64,000 nucleotides of DNA, taken from assembly GCF_009914755.1 (NCBI RefSeq), contig NC_060927.1; one strand, 5' to 3'. This DNA comes from the human T2T-CHM13v2.0 reference genome, Homo sapiens. The notes beneath the pieces were generated by a model, which worked only from the letters and a program-made list of their open reading frames with translations, ran no database searches and was not told the DNA's origin. Positions 54,230 through 64,000 of this stretch are shown piece by piece (within the stretch, counting starts at the first letter, position 1; each line of letters starts with the position of its first letter). Both the position numbers and the translations under genes were made by a program.

Positions 54230-56616
54230 TTTTAAAAAGCATTTCTTAGTGGTTGCCCTAGAGTTTACAATATACTTTTAAAAAACTTTTAAATATTTTG
54301 GTAAGACATATATAACATAAAATTTATAATTTTAACCATTTTTAGGTGTACAATTCAGCAGCAATAAGTACATTCACATTGCTGTGTAACCATACAGAAT
54401 TTTTTTCATTTTTTTCAAAATGAAGCACTATATCCATTATGCAATACGCATTTTAAATCTAAGTTCACCTTCAGATAACACTATACTCTTCTTGTGTAGT
54501 GCAGGCAATATGTAACAGAGTACTCCCAATTAGTTCCTCCTGTCCTTTGTGACAGCGCTGCCATTCATTCCCTGATCCACATGCTATAATAACTAGTAGA
54601 TTGTTACTTTTATTTATTTTTCAAAAATAAATTGTATATATATAGTGTATATTTAAGGTATACACATATATAAGGTTATGAGAGATATATATGTATATAT
54701 ATTAAAGTGGTTACTATAGTGAAAGAAATTGCTACAACCATCATCCCACATAGTTACCCATTTCTCCTTCCCTGTGGCAAGAGCAGCTACAATCTGCTCA
54801 TTTAACAACAATTCTGAGTACATTACAGCATTATGAACTACAGTCTTCATGTTGTACATTAGATCTTCAGACTTGTTCATCCCACGTATCTGCTACTTTG
54901 TATCCTTTGATCTACATTTCCTCATTTCCTTCCTACCACCATTCCTCTGGTAACCACTGTTGTATTCTCTCCATATATTTTACTTTAAAAAATATTACAC
55001 ATATAAATGAGATTATGCAATATTTTTTCTGTGTCTGGCATTCAGTTAGCATTGTGTTCTTCAGGTTCATCCATTTTTGGCAAATGACAGGATCTCCTTT
55101 TTTTAAAGGCTGGATGAAAATCTATTGCATACATACATACAAATACACACAACAGATTGCACATGGAAATATACAATGGAAACTTTATATGGAAACAACC
55201 TAGATGTCCATCCCCTGACAAATGGATAAACAATCACAGTTTCTTTAACCATTTGTCTGGGGTTGGACATCTTGGTTGTTTTCATATCTTGGCTAATGTG
55301 AATAATGCTGCAATGAACATGAGAGAACAAAGATCCTTACAAGATGGTGATTTCATTTCTTTTGGATATATACTCAGAGGAGGAATTGCTGGGTTATATG
55401 GTAATTCTATTTTTAATTACTATTATATCTTTTTAAAAAGTTCTCTTTTGCATCAATTAAGAGAAAGAAAAATAAAATATTTTATCTTTGTTTCTTTTCT
55501 GGAGCTTTTCTTTATTAAGATCCACATTTTTGACGCATCATTTTCCTTCCTTCTGAAGAATTTACTTTAATATGTCTTGCAGAGTAGGTCTGCTGGTGAT
55601 AAATTCCCTGAGCTTTTGTCTGAGAAAGTCTTGATATCTCCTTCAGTTCTGAAGAATTAATTTTGCTGTATGTGAAACTCTAGGTTGGTGGAAATCTTTT
55701 GTTTCTTCTTTTGCTTTCACTGCTTTAGATATTGCACTCTATGCTCTTGTTTGCATGATTTCTGATGAGAAGCATGCTGTAATTCTTATTCTTATTCCTC
55801 TATAGGTAAGCTATTTTGTTTAAGAAAATCTTTCAAGATTTTCTCTTTGCCTTTGGCTTTCTGCATAACTGAGTGAGGTTTTGGAATTTATCCTGTGTGG
55901 TGTTTCCTCAGCTTTCTGGATCTGTGGTCTGGTGTCTGTCATTAATTTTGGGAAGTTCTCAGCCATTATTCACATATTTCTTCCTTTCTATTCTCTCTTT
56001 TCCTTCCAATATCCCAATTACATGTATGTTACACCTTTTGAAATTATCCCCCAGTTGTTGAATGTTCCTTGTTTTTCTTTTTTCTTTTCAGTTTGGGAAG
56101 TTTCTACTGATCTCACTTTAAGCTCACAGATTATTTCCTGAATTGTATGAAATCCACTGATGAGCCTATCTGAAGGCATTTTTTTCATTTCTGGTACAAT
56201 GTTTTTCTAGAATTTCCTTTTTGCTATTTCTTGGAGTTTCTATCTACATTACCATCTGCTCTTGCACATTGTCTACTTCTTCCATTAAAGCCTGTTTCAT
56301 ATTAATCATAGTTATTTTAAATACCCTGTCAGATAATTTCTACATTTATGTCATATCTGCACCTGTTTCTGCTTATTGCTTTGTCTCTTCAGACATTCTT
56401 TTTTCTTGCCTTTGGCATGCTTTGTAACTTTTTGTTGAAATCAAGACATGTATCAGATAGTAGAACTTGAGGTAAATAGGCCTTTAGTGTGAGGATTTAC
56501 GGTTATAAGCCTAGGAGTTGGTCTTCTTCTTTCTTTCTTTCTTTCTTTCCTCCTTCTTCTTCTTTCTTCTTCTTCTTCTTCTTCTTCTTCTTCTTCTTCT
56601 TCTTCTTCTTCTTCTT

Positions 56617-56647
<31 letters not shown>

Positions 56648-57570
56648 TCTTCTTCCTCTTCCTCCTCTTCCTCTTCTTCCTCTTCCTCCTCTTCCTCTTC
56701 CTCTTCCCCTTCCCCTTCCCCTTCTCCTTCTCCTTCTTCCTCTTCTTCTTCTTTTTTAATGTATTCTGTGCCTATGCTTACCCAGACTCCATTTCATATT
56801 TGCTATAGCTACAGGTGCCAGAGGTTTCAAATTTCTCTAGTGTTCTAGTTTTTGTCTCCCCTCTAGGTTTTGGGCTTCCCCAAGTATTCTGCCTCAGATA
56901 GAATCTGCATTTTGCAGCAGCTCTTTCAGCTGTAACCTAATGTTATTATACTGGGGTCCTGTTGGTGTGTGTTAAGGGTAGGGAAAAGGTAGCATTCTAC
57001 GGTCTTTTCAGTGTTATAGTGGGCCTGAGTCTTGGAGTTGTGACATTCACAGGTGTTTCTCCAGTGGTAAAGCTTTTTTTCTTCTGCCTCCTGCTCCCTT
57101 ACCCTGGCAACACCATGCGCAATTTATTTCCTTGAAGCCCTATCCCTCATTAAGTTGTTGTTGTTTTGTTCCCTCTCTATTAGGTGAGGCAGGAAAGCTG
57201 GAGGAGGCTATGAATTGAATGAATGTTCTTTCATCTACTGAGTAAGGCTCTGGCAAAGTCTTTTCCCATAGGTAGTAGGTCTTTGTTATGGAGAAAGCTC
57301 TGGTTAAATTTTACTATGACTACTCTTTCCTTACTCCTGCAAGAGCTCTAAGAGCATCTTTCTGGGATCTTCAGCATGAAAACCTGGTGGTGTTCCTGGA
57401 GATAATGCTCATGGAAGTGAGGGCCCCTCAAAATTGTAGTCCTCTGGAATTTCAAGGAAAGTAAAAAAAAAAAAACTGACTTTGTTTTTCTATCTTTTTC
57501 TTATTTTGAGGATGGGAATGCTGTCTCCTAAGCTCTTCACATGTCAGAGCTGATACTGGAAGTCTCTTTA
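54230..57570 (-). mobile_element. Nested old L1 fragments (L1MA-type at ~54630-55410 within L1MC/MD-type)
   Basis: CATGTTGTACATTAGATC, GTGAATAATGCTGCAATGAACATG, GGTCTGCTGGTGATAAATTCCCTGAGCTTTTG; internal boundaries approximate. Confidence 0.8.
56522..56757. repeat. (TTC)n/(TCC)n polypyrimidine tract
   Basis: ~235 bp of pyrimidines only, including ~17 uninterrupted TTC units. Confidence 0.97.
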
Positions 57571-60067
57571 TCAAGTAATGAAGATATATTATTTACCTGT
57601 ATAAGAAATTCATGGGAAGGGAGGCACAGCTGGCTTCAGGAATCACCAGGACTAAGGCCTTGAATACTGCCAAGAGACTCCTCTACATTTTGAATTCTCC
57701 CTGTGACAATGTTACTGTTTACTATTGCTGACTGTCAGCATGTTTTCTCTTTGTCTGAAGGAACCTCTGCACTCACACCCTAAAAGCTTTATTACCACAG
57801 AACAAAAAGATCCTCCCCTTCAGCTTCAAAAAAAAAAAAAAAAAAAAATTGCTGCAGGAAGATTGTGATTGGCTCACCTTGTTTCACACACCCACAGCCT
57901 GGTCCAATCACTGTGGCTATGGAGGGGTGAGACTCTGATTGGTCCAGCCTGAACCACGTGCATACCCTTGGTGCCAGGGAAATGTGACAATTTCCAGAAC
58001 GCCATTAACTAACTCCAGAACCATCTCCATTAACTAATGGAGATTCTTTAGGCATAAGGAGGGAGAGTGTAAGAGGGGGAAGGAGGCCATTTTAGAAGGG
58101 GAAGTATAGGAAAGATAAGGAAGCCAAATACACGAACAGAAAGGGGAATTGGGGAATAACTAACCCAAGGCAAAATATGCCCGCTTCACAATTTCTTCTG
58201 CTTAGAAACATCTTTTAATCCTTTGGGATGTTTATGAGAAGGGATGATTTCAAACCTTGCCTCTTACAGTCCTCAGTGAGGTGGATAACTGAGTCTATTA
58301 ATCTGACAATGCATTTAAACTGAGTTATCGTGACAAGGCATTTCCATTATCTATTTCATCGAGTTGCAAACTGTCAGAATAAATCTCATGAGGCGGGGAG
58401 ATCAAAGCTGCTTTCTTTTATTGGCCGTTTTTAGATTCCATGAAAACTTAGATTCAACTTGGTTTAATGCATAACTCAGAAGAGAAGAGCAAGGTGGTGA
58501 TTTCTACTGTAAGCTCCTGCACTCCAAACCCCTACAAAATAAAAGAAAAATCCCCACAGGTGACAATTTCTGGCAACTCGACCTGAATGAGACTGCTGTT
58601 TTTTTAAAAAAATTAATTAACATTTGCTTATTCAAGTTTAACCTGAAATAGTCTAAATCTCCATGAAAAATTTAAGAAAGGGCACCAAAGTGTCAATGAA
58701 ATTTTCTGTAAAAGCAATTAAAAGGTGTGTAAGTTCTCCTGTGAAATCCAATTTGAACTGGTTTAAGCAAAAAAGAACACGTATAGCCTCATTAAACAAA
58801 AAACCCATGGGTTTTAAGACTTCAATCTATGGTTTTACATTTTGTTATCAGGACCTACCTTCCATCTCTTGGTTTTGCTCTTTGTATTGGGCCTCATTCT
58901 CACCTACTTCCTTATGAATTGATGTCCAGTGGAAGAGGAAGTACATCTCACTCTCATAAAGCCATCAAATCTAAAGATTGCACCTCATTAGACTGGGTCA
59001 ATGCTCAAACCTCAATTAATCACTGTGGCCAGAGGATGATGGCTGTCATTGGCCAGGCTGGGAGGGTGGAGTCAGCATTTATAGAACAGGATCTAAACTA
59101 AAGGAAGGGATGTTTTCCCAGAATAAACTCAGAGTTTTGTTACCGAAAGTAGTAGTCATAGCTGTAACAACAGAGAAGGTGATAACAACAGACATTTATA
59201 GAGTGCTTATTATGTGCCCAGTACTCTTCTGTGTATCTTAAATGGTTTAACTAATTTAATCCTCATCACAACCTCATGAGAAGACAGGTTGTATGACTTA
59301 CCAAAAGTTACAAACTGACAAGTAGTAGAACCAGGATTTGCAGCTAGTCTAGTGGTCAATATCTCTTCTAGGAAGTTGTTTTTTCCTATGCTCTTCAATT
59401 GCCTGTAAAGTGTATCCTGATCTCAGACTGCCTGGGCCATTTGGAAAATGCATACATCTGGGATCAAAGGCTAAACATTTTATCTTTCAATTTATAGACA
59501 CTATTTTGGTCCTGTTTCTCTAGTCTCAGACTCAATAGATGGATTTCTACAAAGAAGGCTTAGGTTTGAAATTTATCCTTGTTTATATATGTGTGTCTGT
59601 ATCTGTCTTGTTCTTTCCACTTCTCTCTTGAACAAAAATCTAAAGTTTACAAATATGTATAAGTCAGCTTGCTCTTTTATTCTGATAAACGTTATTCCTT
59701 TTCTCCACAACCCCCATGGGAACTCACTGAGTTGGAAGTCTGGAAATTGATTTCACTGTCCGCAGCTATGCAAACCACCTGCAGTGCCCTTTCACAGCAG
59801 ATGAGTTTTAAGGGAATCCCAAAGAGAATTTGCACTGGCAAGGCAAAACATCTTCTTTCAGTCATTTACAGATATTTGTGGAGCTTGTGGAAAAAAATAG
59901 GCTAAAAAACTTTCAAGGTCAGGAGAGTCGATGGGAAGAGAAAAACAGGAATGTTGGAGTTAGGATCTCTGAGTAACCCAGTTTGCAAGAAAAAGAATAG
60001 CTTGATGAATTCAGGAAAAAATGTTTCATAATAGTACTTGAGTGTCATTTTAAAAAATTGAGTAAGT

Positions 60068-60375
60068 TGATATGCCTCATGGCTTGGTGCTGTCCTCATG
60101 GTAATAAATGAGCTCTCAGGAGAGCTGGTTGTTGTAAAGTATGGCACCTCCCCCACCACTTTCTCTCTCTTGCTCCTGCTCTGGTCATGTGACACATCTG
60201 CTCCTGCTTTGTTTTCTGCCATAAGTAAAAGCTCCTTGAGTTCTCCCAAGAACCCAAGCTGATGCCAGTGCCATGCTTGTACAGCCTGCAGAACCATGAG
60301 CCAATTAAACCTCTTTTCTTTATAAATTACCCAGCCTCAGGTATTTCTTTATAGCAATGCAAATGGCCTAATACA
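60068..60375 (+). mobile_element. MSTB-like LTR (5'-truncated)
   Basis: GCTTGTACAGCCTGCAGAACCATGAGCCAATTAAACCTC...GGCCTAATACA. Confidence 0.88.
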
Positions 60376-60396
60376 ATATGTTACTGGGTTCAACTC

Positions 60397-60822
60397 AGTA
60401 TTTTTTTCCTATTTATGCTGTGTAACAAACTACCCAAAACCCAATAGCATTAAACAATAATCATATCTTATTTCTCATCAGTCTGTAGGCTGACTGGGAG
60501 TTGGCTCATCTAGGCTGGGGACAATTCTGCTTCACATGCTTTTCATCCTCCTCCTAGAATCAGCAGATCACCTTGGGCATGACCTTCTCAACATGATGGC
60601 GGAGGATCAAGAGGGTAAACTCAACTGTACAAGCACTTTTTAAGCCTCTGTTTCTATTATGTCAGCAAACTTTCCATTGGCCAGAGCAAGTCACATACCA
60701 AGCCTAGCATCAAGACATGGGAAATGTATCCTATTCAAATAGGAATATACTGAAAAATTACACAAAAAAGTGAGTGGATAAAGGGAGAAATAAAGAATTG
60801 TGACCTTTAATGCAATCTACCA
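60397..60822 (-). mobile_element. Old MLT1 LTR
   Basis: GCTGTGTAACAAACTACCCAAAAC...CCATTGGCCAGAGCAAGTCACAT...GCAATCTACCA. Confidence 0.75.
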
Positions 60823-60944
60823 TGTTCTATAACTTAGACTATGCTGATCAGATCTATGGGTGGTAGCTGACAAGAGAGCATTCCTAAAACTCTTTTTGGT
60901 TGAAGAGGGGCCCATGGCATGTTTTGAGTGAGCCATTCAGATAC

Positions 60945-61300
60945 TAATGAAAGCCAACACCTACATCATGCTTACCATATTCCAGGCATTTTTCTAATGA
61001 TTTTATATGTATGCCTGTGTACATATATATAAGATTGCATATATATATATATATATATATATATGATAGTTATATATTGTTGTGAAAATTATATGTGTTA
61101 TATATGTGTTATATATATGTTATACACACACACACACACACACACACATAATTTTCACAATAACCTTAGGAGATAGGTACTGTTATTATCCCCTTTAGAC
61201 TCATGAAGTACAGAGAAGTTAAAAAACTTGCTCAGTTGGTAAATAGAAACCAAGATTCAAGCCTGGGCAGTGTGGCTACAAAACTCATGCCTTTCACCCA
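60945..61300 (-). mobile_element. MIR containing a (TA)n/(CA)n microsatellite
   Basis: CCAGGCATT...GGTACTGTTATTATCCCC...CAGAGAAGTTAAAAAACTTGC. Confidence 0.75.
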
Positions 61301-61422
61301 CTAGGTTTTTCTCTCTTGGAGAGAAACAGAAACAAATCTGCAAAGTAGTAGTGGAACAGAAATTATAAGGATGCCATGGCAAACCAAAGCCATAGGTAAG
61401 CTTTGTTTAAGAAGGAGTAAGG

Positions 61423-61590
61423 GGTCAGGCATGGTGTCTCATGCCTGTAGTCCCAGCTACTTGGCAGGCTGAGGCAGAAGGATCACTTGAACCCAGGAGT
61501 TCAAGGCTGCAGTGAGCTATGATCATGCCACTTCACCTCAACCTGGACAACATAGAGATATCTTGTCTTAAAAAAAAGAAAAGAAAAAAT
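61423..61590 (+). mobile_element. Alu monomer (FRAM-like)
   Basis: GGTCAGGCATGGTG...CAGGAGTTCAAGGCTGCAGTGAGCTATGATC followed by an A tail. Confidence 0.88.
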
Positions 61591-62115
61591 ACATATAGAG
61601 GTTGAGAAAGGTAGTATAGAAAGAGAAGAGAAAAATAAAAATAGATTTTGGAAGAAGTGAAGATGAGGATTTGAGATGGGAAGTGGGGAAAGAAGGTAAA
61701 GGAATCCCTAGCTCTAGCCTGGCCCTGACAAGTCTCCAGTGCTAGCTTTCTTCTCTAGAAACCTCTGCTTTCACAGTGAAATAATGATAGCAGGTCCCCA
61801 TTTCCTCAAAAGTATATTGTGTGCTACTGAGTATTTAATTTGGAAAAGTGCTAGAAAAAGAGATCTAGAATGCTTTACAATTTGAAGACTCCTGGCTTGC
61901 CACAGTTATAAACTTTTTATAATCTCTTATAAAATCAACCTTTGATTTCCAAAGTATAAAAGAGGTAAAAGCAGAACCATTCCAGTTTAATGAAGATGGT
62001 ACATCTTCCATGTGGCCCCTTTCTCAGGGCCATCCTTCCCCTTCCCCACTTTGAGGTGAGCTCTGTTGAACCATCAGGATCTTTAGCACACTGTTTAAAA
62101 AATATTGACCTAGAC

Positions 62116-62443
62116 CTCAGTAAATTGTCTCCTAAAGAGCCAGATAGTAAATATTTTAGGTCTTTTGGGCTCTTTAGTCTATTGTATTACTCAACGATGC
62201 TATTGCAGTGCAAAAGCATCCAAGGATATTCCGTAAATGAGTGTACATGGCTGTGTTCCTATAAAACTTTATTTACGATAATAAAATGTGAATATCACAC
62301 CATATTTGGATGTCACAAAATATTATTATTTTCTTGATTTTTTCCAACCATTTTAAAATGTAAAAACCATCTTTAGTTCACAGGCCAAATGAAAACAGGC
62401 TGTGGCTGGATTTGGCCTCTGAACAACAGATTGCTGAACCCTG
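62116..62443. mobile_element. MER58B-like (hAT-Charlie MITE)
   Basis: GCCAGATAGTAAATATTTTAGG...GGCTGGATTTGGCC...AACCCTG; TSD ACCTAGAC/ATCTAGAC. Confidence 0.85.
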
Positions 62444-63033
62444 ATCTAGACTCTGTCAAGGGACCGTGGGGAAGAACTCTGCCCTTTCTTACATATAAGG
62501 GTCAGGGACAATCTTAGATACAGGCTAAGTTGGTATGTATTGTACAGAATATGACTTCAACTCTTGAGGTGGTTTCAAGCTCTGGATGTCTCTATTCCTG
62601 AAGATTTTTGCTCCATCAACTCACAGCTATTTGCTGTCCTTTTCAAACCGTGACATCTTTTATTCCACAATAAATAAGGAGATTTAAAAAACCCGTCTGA
62701 AATTCTATAGGTGTCAGATCCTTTTCTGAAAGCAGGCTTTGACCTGAGGGGTGAAGAAGGAAATAGCTAAGCTTTTCCATTCTTGAGGTTTCAAGATTCT
62801 AGAATAGAGACAGAAGAAGGTGGAGACACAGAGAGCATTCTGAAGGCAGCACTTCACTTCCTTGCCCAGAGACAATACTGCTTGTAAATCTACAGAAGCT
62901 TCTTGACCTAGGATTCTGGAACTGTATTGTCAGTTTTCAACTTGGTGTGCCAACAAGCAAATGGAGCAAGCTTGGATGATCAAAATCTAGCACCTCCCAG
63001 TAACTCTTCTATGCCAGTCCTTTTGTGTATGTT

Positions 63034-64000
63034 TGTTGCGGGAAGTCAGGGACCCTGAACGGAGGGACCAGCTGGAGCTGCGGCAGAGGAACATAAATTG
63101 TGAAGATTTCATGGACATTTATCAATTCCCAAATAACACTTTTATCATTTCTTATGTCTGTCTTTACTTTAATCTCTTAATCCTGTTATCTTCGTAAGCT
63201 GAGGATGTACGTCACCTCAGGACACTGTGATAATTGTGTTAACTGTACAGATTGATTGTAAAACATGTGTTTGAACAATATGAAATCAGTGCACCTTGAA
63301 AAAGAACAGAATAACAGCGATGTTTAGGGAACAAGGGAAGACAACCATAAGGTCTGTCTGCCTGCGGGGTTGGGTAAAAAGAGCCATATTTTTCTTCTTG
63401 CAGAGAGCCTATAAATGGATGTGCAAGTAGGGAAGATATCGCTAAATTATTTTCCTAGCAAGGAATATTAATATTAATACCCTGGAAAAGAAATACATTC
63501 CTGGGGGGAGGTCTATAAACAGCTCCTCTGGGAATGTCTGTCTTGTGCAGTTGACATAAGGACTGAGATAAGCCCTGGTCTCCTGCAGTACCCTCAGGCT
63601 TACTAGGGTTGGGAAAACTCTGCCCTGGTAAATTTGTGGTCAGACCGGTTCTCTGCTCTCAAACCCTGTTTTGTGTTGTTTAAGATATTTATCAAGACAA
63701 TACATGCACCACTGAACATAGACCGTAATCAGTGGTTCTGTTTTTGCCCTTTGCCCTGTGATCTTTGTTGGACCCTTATCAGTGGTTCTGCTTTTTCCCT
63801 TTGTCCTGTTCTCTCAGAAGCATGTGATCTTCGTTAGACCCTTATTAGTAGTTCTGCTTTTTGCCCTTTGAAGCATGTGATCTTTGTACCTAATCCCTGT
63901 TCTTACAGCCCCTCCCCTTTTGAAACCCTTAATAAATACTTGCTGGTCTGAGACTCAGGCAGGCATCATGGTCCTACCAATATGTGATGTCACCCCTGGC
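63034..64000 (+). mobile_element. MER11 LTR (HERV-K11/HML-8), running off the window end
   Basis: TGTTGCGGGAAGTCAGGGACC start; internal GTTCTGCTTTTTGCCCTTTG repeats; AATAAA at 63931. Confidence 0.92.

Noticed and set aside
56489-56848. Poly-F/poly-S and poly-L ORFs
   Set aside because: Translations of the TTC/TCC simple repeat

Overview
Primate (human-like) non-coding DNA with no supportable protein-coding gene, RNA gene or CpG island. The six-frame ORFs are Alu, LTR, simple-repeat or chance ORFs. Most of the window is interspersed repeat, identified by eye against remembered consensus sequences, so subfamily names are approximate. It holds about 17 Alus, a two-LTR ERV with TSD and PBS (2453-7751), an internally deleted THE1 provirus, many solo LTRs (LTR8, MLT2A, MER41, MER51, MER61, MER4, MER11, MLT1, MST), DNA-transposon MITEs (MER1A, MER2, MER58, MER91A, Tigger2), and old L1 and MIR fragments. 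A few repeat-free, homeobox-motif-rich blocks look like distal enhancers. The most notable structure is one Tigger2 MITE (34706-35521) involved in two templated rearrangements of different ages. It captured a ~280-bp copy of DNA from 2.7 kb upstream (~92% identical), and its right end is duplicated as a 100% identical 140-bp inverted repeat 924 bp downstream, next to a candidate HOX/CDX-TCF enhancer. Also notable: the ERV has ERV1/MER4-group-type LTRs and a tRNA-Arg PBS but carries a collapsed class III (HERV-L-like) pro-pol remnant. I found no convincing new gene system.
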